A DNA stretch of 64,000 nucleotides. It comes from Balanoglossus misakiensis. Its lineage: Eukaryota; Animalia; Hemichordata. Shown here one piece after another: positions 1 to 13,500 of the stretch. A program made the translations under genes and the position numbers. The stretch is from assembly GCA_040954595.2 (NCBI GenBank), contig CM082581.2, positions 12,719,821-12,783,820 of the forward strand, read 5' to 3'. Each line of letters begins with the position of its first letter. Positions within the stretch are counted from its first letter, which is position 1. The notes beneath the pieces were generated by a model that searched no databases, was not told the origin of the DNA, and worked only from the letters and a program-made list of their open reading frames with translations.

Positions 1-3000
1 GTTAAAACAGGAATACATACAGAATCAAACGCCAACTATCACTGAAATGACAGTGACCCACACTCTGCCTGGGGACACGGACACACGGCTTGTTCACTTC
101 TATTCAATCAAACATCCGAAGAAACAGGGGTCACAAAAGAGTCCCAGCTTACATGTCATAAGGTCCCATCCAGGGAGTCAAGTACTAAGCCTTCTGACGT
201 CAGCAGGGCCATGAAATCCCAGCTCATGCACTCATTTTTTCTAAGACACGAGAAATTCAAGTCGCAACTGACTTAGTGGATTGCTTCACACAAGAAAAAA
301 ACGGATATAGGAAAGGATTTACGATTACTCGGCCCAGTAATTGCTTTTTTCTAGAAATACAACTTGAAAAATGGAGTCGATCAGAGGATTACAATGAGTG
401 TAGGTATCTCGGAGGGGTATATTTGACAAAAAAGATAGGCAGTTAAGGAGAGGTGTTATTAAATAAATGAATACCCTTGATAAAGTCTTCAATTATTAAA
501 GTATTATTACCGGTATAAGTTAAGCTCAGTTTCAGATTGATACTGTGGGCAGAATGAACTTTGTTTTGAGGACGTCATACGATGAAATGCGATAGAGCTG
601 TGGGAAGATATTAGGCTGTGACATTATTCTTTATGCTAGATGCGTAGGCAATGGTTAGAACTTGAATACCGGTTTTTGGAGAAAAAAACTGCTTTGTCAT
701 TAAAATACACTGGGAAAGCCAAGGACTGAACATTGAGTGGATGCGTATGGACATCTTGTTAGTTCCTGATGAGCTCTAAAATGGAGGGAATCATTATTTC
801 ATGTTAGGTTAAGGGAGCTTGTATGAAGAAGGTACCCAAGAACTCACTGAGCTGCACAGTACAATCAGTTCTAGCTGCCAGGCCAGACTGTACGTGTGCT
901 GTCTGTTTTGCCCAATCAGGATTGTAGGTTAATAAAGAACAAGAGGTTAATAGAAGAGAGTGCACTGACTTAGTTACTTGGAGGATTGGGGATTTGTTCC
1001 AAATCAAATGCTAATCCACTTCTTCGAATTGCCCACACAGCAAACAATGTTTATAGGTAAAATTGGAAAAAGGTTTATTTGCTCAGAACCGATTTTACAT
1101 GTACCCACCCACACATCCAGGTGTTTTTAAATGTCCCATTGATTCTCTTGCACAACTGGACAGTCAAACTTACAGTAGTTAAGTTTGAACTGAAAACATG
1201 GATGTCACCAAAAAGTCTGCCCATGGTTGATGGAAACAACAGTAACACAGGATAGTTGCTGGTTCAGTCGGTCATCACTGTCCTCCACATCAAAATCCCG
1301 CTGTTTAGTTTTATTTACACCTAGCTCCATAGAAGCTAATTGACTTCTTAATGCTTCCGGCAAAAACATTCTAAAGCTGACATTTAAAAAAGACAGACAT
1401 TATAACGCAGCCTCACAATGGATTTAAAATGTCAGACTTCTTTTGCAAATCAACATTTTGTACCTTGATTAACCCCAGAAAATAATTACATCTGCTTTTA
1501 GATGCACTAACGGCAAAGTCATTCGTACGAGTACTAATGCAACCAATATGACTGTTAACATTTTGTTCCTACTAAAAATTGACAACATGCCTCTTGGCAT
1601 TAGGTTGAATGATTAGTTAATTGATGACAAGTCTTGTGATCTTCCCCAAGAAGTCAAATTCATAATGGTGGATCTACAAGAAATCTGGTCAATGTTAAAA
1701 GCACCCTACCACAAGTGATTAGATGACGTCAATCATGAAATTATGATGATGTAATCTATGGAATGCTTTATGACTGCATGGTGATGTGGTGTAAGGCAAG
1801 CTGGATATTGCTTTGAGGTTATAGGGATGCCAGTGCTAAACTAGTTACAGACAATTATGACATTTTACTCCAACCCTATCCCTAACCCTGACTGTTGGGT
1901 GGGAAATGTCCAGATGTGAAATACACAGTGGGAACCAGTCCTGATACAGTTAGAAACTGAAGGTCATGAATTGATAAAGTTGAAATAGGCAATTTGCTAG
2001 AGAATCAGAAGGCTGTCACAAAAGCTTATTCAGATAGGTACAGATACAGCAGCTTTGACCAATGAACCGGTGGTGCATGCGGCAGGGAGATGGAAGCCAA
2101 TTGCTTATTTTCGTCTCTGCAGTACAAAATAAATTGTTGATAGAGGATTGTTTTTCTTCTTCTTGCAGATCTTGAAGATTCAATGAATCTGTCCAATTGG
2201 CAGTGGGTAGGAGAAACACACTGACGTAATGACCAGGCGACATCGTATGACGCGGTCAAAACGGGGAAAAAGTGGGTTTTTTTGACAGGCAGCAGAAGTT
2301 TCCGGCGATACTTCCGTTGTGGCTGACATAATTACAGCAAGGTTGATTGAGACTGTGAACTGCTAGCCAACAAATGAGCAACCACTGTGTTGGTGACAAT
2401 GCATACACTTTCAACCATTTTTATCCTAGCCAACTGCACAAAAGTAACCCCCCACACACACGCGTGCCCCAAGTAATTTCATTATTGTGTTGGCTCACTT
2501 GACGTCATTACACAGCTCTTACAAATCACATAGTTTGCGCCGTGAGGAGATTTCCGCAGAGCTTTTTTCAACGACTGTGATTCTATTCAGTGCTGTGTGC
2601 CAGCAGCTGATGTTATTTCCATTTCAAAATTCTATAAGGCCACAACTTATTTCTGGATGATACAATGATCTTTTTTCTGCACAAAAGAGGCTCCGACTGA
2701 CATTTAGACATGAAAAGTAAATAAGGAGACACAATGCAGTGGAGTTTTTCATACAAGTATGGGGCACTCGTCAGTGAGGAGGAAAAAAATCCCATCATCA
2801 CAAATCAAAAGTTGTTTTCCTGGCTTTCTTTGGGTTAACATCCCCTTTCTGACAAACCTACTTCAAGAAAGAGTGAACCTTCTTTGAATTGACGCCCAAT
2901 AATCTCACAGGGTGGTTGGAAATGAGGAAACCACCAATAGGCACACACTGGCAGCGCCTGAATGAAGCACAACACAATAATGTTACATGCTAAGCTTTTG

Positions 3001-6000
3001 AAAGCCGACTGGCACTGGCAGGGCTCCACAAGGACCCTGGCATGCCCCCAGGAAAAATACACATTTCTCTGCAGGTAACATTGATGGCAAAGTCAATAAC
3101 CGGTACATGCATGATGCAGAAACTACTTTGCAGGGTTGTTTTCGATTTTTTTACGCGAGTTCTCCCTGAGCAGGGCCAAGCAATCAAACATTGGAGCAAT
3201 ATAATCTGTATGATGCGATGATAAATCCGAGATATCAACATGACTAGCAGACCATTAAAACATGCATTTTACGGGTCGTGAAAGATGGAATCGCAATAAT
3301 GAATTAGCAAAGTGTGAGTGCTGCTGGCTGGCTGATTGTACTTTCCTCCTCCCATTAAACTGAGCAATTCTTGAAATATTGCAAAGTTCATAAAACTTGT
3401 GGCTTGCAAAAGACTATATTAAGGAGTGGCCTGAGGCCAGGTGGAACCTGGATCACACCTTTCAGAGGAAAGTGTTTATTTGATTGTTTGCTATGGTGAG
3501 GCTGGTGTGGAAGCTGCTTTTTAAACGGTTTCGACATTGTGTGACAATGAATGCTGAACTCTCTTTGTACAATCCACTGTACTTTTTTGAATGATGATTA
3601 AGACACCTGTTGATCTGGCTTGTGTTATTAATACGTTCTTGCCCACGGACGTTTAACTTTCTACTCGTTCACAACATAAAAAATTTCTTCAATTTGATCG
3701 CTAAATAATTAAAGTTTGTGGTCATCTCATATTTTCATTAAGCCCCATTGTGCTTACTTATAGACATGTCTATACATAGCACTGGAAGTAATGACTTTCT
3801 TAAAATATCCACAGAATAATTTTGTTAAACCATTTTTCTGAGGAACTAAATCAATTTGACATTGATTAAAGTGTTTTGCTGAAAATTACAGAAATTCAGA
3901 GCACAGACCTGAACTCTATGGAATTAATGAAAAACTTTGCATTACATGAATATTCAAATGAGCGCAGTTAATGTAATAGCTGGCTTGCCGAGTCTACACT
4001 CTGATATCTGAGTCAATTAACTGAATTCAACATGTTTGAACATCAGTTGATCCCACCAACATTCAAGAAATGTGTCCAAGGCTAAAAGTGAATACCCTCT
4101 ACTATTTGCTTACACTCTGTTATTTTGAAAACACTTCAACATTCCAGTTTTAAGACGAGCCCTGCCACACTCGAAACAAAATATGAATTTCCACTTCCCT
4201 TGCCAGACAAATACACAAGCATGTCTTTTCTGCCATTAAAATACAGACTGCAAACAAACATAAAACACTGTTTGATGGTAAGAACTACACTTGACTCTCA
4301 AGGAATGCAAATTTGGGTAATTGCTTTTTATTTTTATCATGTACAACCTCTTAATTTTGTTATTGGATTCACGGTGAGAATGTTAAGCTGCCCAGCATCA
4401 AGCTGTGTACATATTTTAAGAGGATATGATATGCGTTGTTGGCGAATGAAAAACACAATTTCAGGGTCAAACAAGAGTCTTCACAACACTTCGGCAAATC
4501 AGAATACTCATGGTATGTACACAGCTTGAGTAGTGGACCAGCAAAATTGACTAGTATATTAAACTCCACGAGAAACAGTGGAAAATCTTGAGTTTAACGG
4601 TTTAATGATCCGGGCTGGGGTCCAGACTGAGCAAACACTACCCTGCGATTTAAAATTCAATGGCTGTGAGTTAAGAAACTGAAGGTGCTAATGTACTTGC
4701 TGTTGTTCCTGAAAAAATAGCATGTAACAGTTGAATCTTCCAAAAGCACTATGATGTACAATTGAGGTTCTGTACCTGGTGGCGCTTTCAGTCAATGCAA
4801 AAAGTAAGCGCTATTCAAACACCTTGTATAACCCTCTCTGTATGATGTGACTATAAGTCTCATCTATAAATAAATAGATCCTAAATTTTTCAGTTAAATT
4901 TAGAGCATTCAGTCTTTTGCAGTGACAGACTGACTGCCTGTCATGACCTCCAAATAACATTTACAACAAAATGTAATGCCCGTTAAAATCACTTGTTATT
5001 TTGCTGCACTTTGGCAGGAAATTACAGGCATTCACTAATGAGACCAGCCTTGTTTGCTTCCTGGAATGACAGTGCCACAGATAACTTTATAATCATTTTC
5101 CAAATCAGCTTTCTTGTGCATGTTGATGCGTCGGAAAGGTCACCAGTGAATTGCAAATTAAATCAGCATTATGTCAAATAAGTAAGTGACAACTTCCCTG
5201 AGCTGTGTGAATTACAAAGGACTATAATTTGCTGATAGTTCCTGATTGTCCCATGTACACAAGCTATGATGGCTACAAAATGGGACTGGAAAATGTTTAT
5301 TTTGATACAGGTTTTTCAATGTATAGATGTCTAAAATTCAGGCCCATAATCACAGTAATCATTTGGGTATGTAACTTGTATTTACACATTAATTCATATT
5401 GATACTGATAGTGATAAACATTTCACTACAGCAGAGAAAAATATATCAGTGCACACAAGTTGCGAGCAGGAAAAAAAAACCTTGTGGTATTAATACTGTA
5501 GAGTAGGATCGGAGACGTGCCACACTATCTCCCCCTCAATGAACGCTTTTATCTAAGAATTGTGCACTTTCTGTGGCCTTCATGAGATCAACAACAGAAT
5601 AGCATGGGCATTGACCTGGTGAATACATGAGGGAGAAGGTGGTCACCTGTGTGTTGGTGCTGCACCACTTGAATCAGACGGTCCGGGCAGGAGTAGAATT
5701 TCCCCTTCCGCAAACTGACAGCCTCAAAAGACTGGATTCGTCTGTGTCATGCATCTATATTGTATCCTCCAGCCATGTTAAGTAATTTCAATTAAAATGT
5801 GGATCTAGTGGTGCGAGTACGGAATTAGAAGTACATTGACTCTCTAATGGAATGGATTAGAGTAATTGAGCACAGGTCAAGTAGGAATATAGTACCAGAT
5901 ATTGTGATTACACAGGTTCTGATAGAGAGAACATTCCACTGGCAATACATTAGTCAATTCTACGCACAGTATCTTGTATTTCCAGGTGAATAAATAAAAG

Positions 6001-7375
6001 AGATATATTCTGGAATGCAATGCAATTCTATACTGCTATGATGAACCCTTGTGTGGATGAATACACAGATTACCTCCGGCACAAAGAAGACTGATTTGGC
6101 TAAAAATGGAAACTGTTTCTTGAAAGCCGACCAATGCTGTGCCACATTAAATTTGTTTCAAGTTTGGAGAAAAAGTTAGAAATATACCAAGTAACAATAA
6201 TGTAACATCACTTGGACGTGCCTGCTTTGAACAAAATTTCCTAGTATTTGGAGTGCATGTGACCTATTGGACTAGTCAAATGTAACATTCTAAGTACTGT
6301 AATTACACACCAAATGGACTGATGGCTCCATTTTAAAAAGCACAATAAAATGTTAAAGAGCTAAAATTCAGTCTTTTAACATCATGAGGCCATGACATTT
6401 ATGACGGATTCAACACATTTGCATCTAAAAGCTATACACAGACTTTAATACATTGAGCTTATTCTACAAAACACCACTTTGCATTAATGACTGGACTACA
6501 CAAGCATGGTTACAGGCATCTCAGTCATTACAATGCGCTGTGCACTTGCCATGTATCAGTTGCCATATGTTGTGGTTGCAACCTGCATGAAACACCAAAG
6601 CAGCAATGGCTGCCCTGCTAATGTACAGTAACTGTCATCTAACTAGCAAATGATTTGCCACCCCCCCCCCCCCAAACACACACCTCCAATAATTGCATGA
6701 CTAATTAAGAATAACGGTTTTGATAACTCTGTGTGATATTTGATGAGAACGGTGGCTGATTTCTCAGTTGAAACATTTTCGACAAGTTTGCAGTCGCCTC
6801 GCCTCGGATGATTGAGTGAAATTGAAACATCAACATGACTGTATCAAATCCATAACGGTAGTTGACACTGTGTATTTTGCATGCTGTGCATATCACTGAT
6901 CAATTGGGAAAGGGAGGTGACTATCAAACAGGTGGAATGAAGTCTGGCTTGCACTGTTTTTGATGAAAAATAACTGTCTCGGTGATTGGCTTTGAAATTT
7001 ATGGTACCAATTTTGTTCTCCTTTGTACTGAGAAAACAATTTCAGTGATCGTTTATCATTTTGTCTTTCAACCAATTGACAAATCCTAAAAATAGCCTCA
7101 TCTTTGCCTCTGTGCCGATCAATGTACCTGGCTCTATCAACATTGCCCTAAGTACAAGACTGATCAGTACATATTTGTTCCTAACTTTATAAGGGACACA
7201 GCTACGATCTTATGAACTATTTTCACATTGTCAATTTCTGTCAATTTCATCCAAAATCAACTCTGTACTTCAACAAATGCTGGTCTCCATGCCAGAACAC
7301 AACATGCTATTTTGCTTTTGGAGCATATGGTTTGACAGGAAGAAAGGGATTGCCTTTTTTTATTATTCATACTGC

Positions 7376-7500
7376 CATGCATACATGTACATGGATTCAT
7401 GAACAGGTTGTGTGTATATGTTTGTGTATATACATGTATGTGTGAGCTGTGTGTGCATATATTCATGCATATGCATGTACATACATGTGTTTTATATACA
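7376..7500. repeat. Degenerate alternating purine-pyrimidine (TG/TA/CA) low-complexity tract
   Basis: catgcatacatgtacatg...tgtgtatatacatgtatgtgtg...catatgcatgtacatacatgtg. Confidence 0.75.
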
Positions 7501-10500
7501 AGTTGTAGGCTTCTTGGTGGTACGTATAGGTACTAGGTATACATCTATGTTTTTGTCAAGCCCATACTTGAATATTGTGCATACCTGCAATACTTAGCAA
7601 TGAGTGAAAACATGTCAAAAATACAGAAATTGCTGTTTTTCACTGCGTATGTACATCATTCATAGTTTAATACCAAAATAACACGTGAATCAGAATCGCC
7701 ATTGTGGAACTATTTGCATTTGAAGGGGTCACCTTGACATTTACTTATGCAGTGACTTTGATATTTTTCAGAAAACAATACAGTGACAAACAATGAACAT
7801 CCAATCGCTCTAAATATATTTGCTTCATGATATGGTTAATACATGGCAAACATGTCATCTGCATCTGTGGTCTTTTTTAATACAGGAATGTGACATTTTC
7901 TGCACATTTTCTTGTCAACACGACATCCAGGTGTCTGAACATTACACTCACACACAAGGGCGAACACAGGATATACACTGATTTATTGCACCGGGGGAGT
8001 TCTAAAAGTGTTACTGAACACCTGTTTCCCAACACAGCCAGTCCAATGAAGTTTATGCTTAGAAGTTAGAACATGCAAAGTTCAAATGTTAACGATGGCA
8101 CTTGACATGTAATGTATACAAACTAAAAGTGTATGTTATCATGGGTACAGACAAAAGCATCACAGATGACACCAAATGATGTATTCTTGGAAAGTTTTCA
8201 CACATAGTGATCATGCACTGCACTGACTGTTTCCTGTTTGAATGGATCAATATTGATTAAAACGCTGCGCTATTTTATTCAGAGAGGTAATAAAAACCGG
8301 GACCGGCAGTCTACATGTGTCTCCACATTTATATCGCAGATAAACAACATGATCGACAGTTCATTATAGATTTCTATAAACTTTATGATTTACTTTGTGC
8401 CAGCTTGCGTATACATGTATATACAATATAGCCTGTCTGTTTTAATTACACCAACTCTGGCAGCCGAATTTCCAGCGTCGTGTATCGCATATAGTGAGCA
8501 CGGCATTATGGGACAGCACTGCAGTGTACCTTGGGTCCCGCAGTGCATTTGGGGTACATGGCAGCTTGCTTTTCATGTATAATACACACCAATTACAGTG
8601 AACGTTCAGATGATTGGAGAGAGCATGTCATCGACTGATCCATGGCTCGATTTTGTTGGCCATCTGGATTATCATCGAGTGAAATTTTGTTTACTCACAG
8701 AACAGAAAATGAAGTATTCTTGGGAGTGGAGCCACTTCTGGCCCCAAGGTGATCAAAACATTAAATGTGATACCTTTGTTCCAACTTTCAACCCACCAAA
8801 GTGGGGTGTGTCTGTTTGTGCCAAACTGAGCCTTGGCTCTGTGCCACTGACAGGCCATCCAATCATTTCTATGCAGCTGAGCAAAACATCTCTGCCACGT
8901 TTTATCAATCACACACAATTGGAATGTCAGTTCATTACATGTTGATGTGTCAGCCTCTGTTATAAGAATGTGTGAATCAGTCAAATTTTCCCTCTCTATA
9001 TATAAAAGACCCCAATCTTTATAGGCCTGCATATAAAAATTGAAAAACAATTTTTTGAACAAAGTGACATCAGTATTAAAGGACAGAACAGCTGTCACAG
9101 GTCTGATTTGATCCAACACAGGATGTCAAGAGTTTTAAAATGTCAATCGTTGCTCAGCCAGGGCAATGTGAGTTACAGCAATGCTAAACAGCTAGCTTAT
9201 TCAAGTTTTATAAATAGCAAATATGGTGCATGTATTTAATGGTTAAAACTGTACCCTGGGAAATACATTATTTAAAGCAAACATGATCAACGTGTCACAC
9301 TCAATACTGGTGTTAACAACAGTCATGTCTGTCGTCCTGTGAAAATCTTTTGTAATATAAACAAGGAGGTATTACACCCACGATCAGCATCTGCATACAT
9401 GTCAATGATGATCATGGGTGACAACTGGCTGATGTGCAAACATATATGGTGTACTGCTGCATGGTCACTTATTTGCAGTCATATTTCCAGACTCATAACA
9501 GTTGTCTTGTCTCCCAACAAAACTTTTCACCACATCCGAAGCACACTTTTCCCCAGAAGTATGACCACTACAGCTTGCTGGTGAATGTACTGCTCAGTGG
9601 CAAATAGCATCTTAGTAAATATTTGCACTGCTTTCATACTCAACACCCTCATTAGGTTATTACTGCACACAAAATATGACAGATAAAAACCTCCACACAC
9701 CAAATCACCAAAGCACTGTAACACATGCACATAAACCTTGAAGTTGAAGTCCATTATCCGTCTCAAATCCCCTTTGCTATTAGTAATCAAATCAGTACGC
9801 ATACCTTCTGCATCATTAAATGCTGTGAAAGAGCCAAGTTCAATTTAATGCCAACACTAAATCCAACATGAACCTTACACATGCATTACAAAGTTTCATA
9901 CTGTATGCCACATGCAAGAGAAAAACACACACACACATACTCATAGTACATGTACACAAAGCTGGCTGGTTAATTGTCACAAGCAGTTTATTGAACTATG
10001 CCCCATTTTCTACTGAGTAATTTAGACCCTCTTGGTGATATGGATAAAATGGGTTTATAATTACTCTTGTTGAATGAACTGTAATTAAGCTGGAAACAAG
10101 TTTCCCCTTATTTGCTGATTAAAAAAACAACAATAATAAAACCATTTTGACAGGTCAGGATGGTTTAGATAATGGAATATGGTTCCTTGTTTTAGCAGAC
10201 AAAGAGAATCAATTGTTCTGACGCATCAGGTTGGTTCTGATCACAGTTGCAATATGGAATATGACCTTGAACAGTGTGTGTTCAGTATATAGACACAATT
10301 GATCTATGGCAATCCATACTGTATTGCAGTAGAAAGACACATTAAGAACAATATTAGGAAACTACTTCCAGGAGCTATTTTTTCTCTAATGTGTACACTA
10401 CCACCTGTTCACACTTGGCTGATCTCCACGCTTGTCTCTGATTGGTCAGAAAGGTCTGCAAACAGATGGTAGTATGTTTGAGATCTCCCTACAAAAAGGA

Positions 10501-13500
10501 GGGGAGGGGTACCCACAGCCATCTTACAAGACTGGCTATAATTGGTCAATCAGTTTCTATTTCATCATATTGGTACAAGATGGTCGTATAGTTTAAACCA
10601 TTCATACAAGTGACAATAAGTGGAATTTCGAAATAATGGTAATGCCGGCAGTAAACAAATGCTATACTATCAAAACAGACCATTTAATTTCATTTAAAAG
10701 TCAACATTTCTCAGTAGCCTTCTATTTACATCAGATTTTTAGCTCTCCCGTAAAAATATAGAACTATGTCTATACGACCTTCTTGACATGACAATACATT
10801 TGTCTGACCCATTTTTAGCTTTGTGCAAACATGTGTAGAGCAGGCCTGTTTATTTCTTAAATAACTACCAACATGTTGTGGGTTATTGCCCTAAAATTTG
10901 TGATGGTGCTATTGATAGTGTTGGGAGATGTATTACATGTTGTATATCATCTTTACCACAGCTATGACATCAAAGCTAGCCAGGTGGGACATTTTATTTT
11001 AATACAAAAACAGCATAACAGGCCTTCTTTGATGAATCTTTCTCACTCTCATGACATCATAGCTTGCCACGTGTTACACCAAATTCGTAGCAAGATGTCA
11101 CGTCGTCTGCCATACGTTGCAACAGGTTTTGTGTACCAGGTCACTTCAGAACGACAGCGACATATGCCGTGGTAGGGGGGTTTGCAAGCGTGGCAATTGC
11201 ACCATGCTGTGTATGGAGGAAGAATTGAAAATTCTTGTGTTGAATTCGAAGAGGTGTTTGTATGTGTCGGGTCTGTGAAGTAGGTTGGACTATTATTTGC
11301 ATCTATGCAACTGGTAGAAGAAATACTACCATTAACTTAAAATGTTGTTAAGGCCAGAATGAGAAACTTCGGCCAATACCCAGAGCAAAAAAAAAACCCC
11401 TCCAGCGATCAAAGTCTGTGCCACGGTGCAAGTGGGTCAATTGAACTAATCGCAATATTCAAATGAATAATTTTTTAATAAGTTGGCATTTTTATTTCAC
11501 AAGAATTGTAACCAATATGTCTTATCACTCCAAATGAAATATGCTATTATTAAATGTTGTAGAAACACATGGTAGTTTCACACATTGCCCTGTGATATGA
11601 TACAATCATTCATCAATGCATGGAATTAGCCTCTCTTATCTCACCTGATACATGTAGTATGGTACACCCAGTCTAAAGGTCGGCGACGGAAAAACAAAAT
11701 AGGGTGCACCCGGTAAACTGTTTGGGGACATACATGTAGCTGAACAGTGCATGCCATGAATTTTAAACATTTAAACAAAATTTCAGTAGCTTTTATTGTG
11801 AAATTTCAACATTTTTGATGGTTTACACAATCATTTTTTCCTTTAATACTGGACACAGACACAGTAACTGGTTGATATTTCACCACTTTGAATTCAAATC
11901 CACCATATGTTAATCAACTGAGCAGTAAGTAAGCAGTACACAATGTATTTTGTTGGGTGAATTTTGAGAGATTAGGAAAAGGTGATCCTTGAACTAACCA
12001 CGAATCGGCTCAAATGAACTTGTACATATGACAAATATACCAACTATCACAAGATAGTAAAAGTTTGTACATGATTCATTGCCATTACAGGACAGCACCC
12101 ACCCACCTCTGATTAGTTTTAATTTTCCCAGTTGTGTGTGCACACTTGTTGAACAGTGGCATCACACAATTAGTTAATAAAGCCAACCAACAAAACATTT
12201 CTCACAGAGTGTGAAGATTGACACTCAATTAAATTTCTTTTAATTTACGACAATCTCTATTCAACAATCCCCTATTAATACAGCTACCTGTTAGCGTTCC
12301 TGGAAAATTAGAAAGGACCAGCTGAACATGTTGGCTCTGAACTTTTTATAGCCAATCAGGGATGGCAAATTAAAGCTTGTGTCAAATAACATGATAAAAT
12401 ATTTACGCTAATAATAAATTAAGGCTGTTTATTGTAATTTGTAATTAAAGAGTATCAGCAATTGCTTGTCAAGATAAATATATCCTTTTTTCGTGTGACC
12501 AAGTTATGGTTATGGTGACTACTTCCCCAAGGAAAACAGTCATGCTTATTTTTCAGTGAATGATTTATTTTGCAGTTTGCACATGTGTAAAACAAACAAA
12601 CATGAGTTTCACTACAACGAAATATATATCAATCAGTCTTGTTGTTAACTAAATATTTGTGCTAGAAAATCCTGACATGCAGTAACATTCAGCAATTATT
12701 TTTTTTATATGAGAATGGTATCACATGACAACACGCGTACTGGTTATTGACACCGAACTGTATCTGCGAAATAATTCACTGGAAGTGATGATATCATGAT
12801 TTGATAGGTGGTGTAGATACAGGAGACTTGTGCAAGAGCACCTGAAGTCTGGATGTTTACATTAAGGTCAACCCACGTGTGAGTGGCTCACGTGGTCGCA
12901 GCTATTGAAAGCCTACACTGCACTCCCAAGGAGAAGTAATCATAGTGTAATTTGACATCTTGAAAGTGATCTCATGACGTTCAACTTCAAGTGTTGAATT
13001 TCAATAGGATAAATCCACACACGTCAAACTTCCTGAAAAATGATCTTTTTTCTATAAAAAAAATCCGACCAATATGTGCCAGTAATTATTATCCATTGTA
13101 TTTGTGAAAATACAATAATGGGTAGTTCAACTTATCGGGTATTGTCGGGAAAGCAGGCACAAGAAAGTATAAATTACATTGGCATAGTTGTATTGATATC
13201 AGTAGCCATTCAAGAAGTAACATCTGCATTGTGCTTGTTATTTGTTACATATCCGATATTATAATAATAGATATTGGTCTCGTCTGCCACTTGAGCCAAA
13301 GCTCTGCATCAGATACTGTCAACTTTGAGAAAGACGGATGAATCCTCAAACTTTTCACAGTGTCATCGACCACCTGAGGTTCTGTTAAGTAACGGCTTCC
13401 CCAGCGATCCACTGGCGACGACGAATGCCTCAAGTTCCTTCGGCTTCAAGAAAAAGTGGCTGCCTGCACAGTGTCATCAAGCGAGAAAGAAGTAGGTCAA

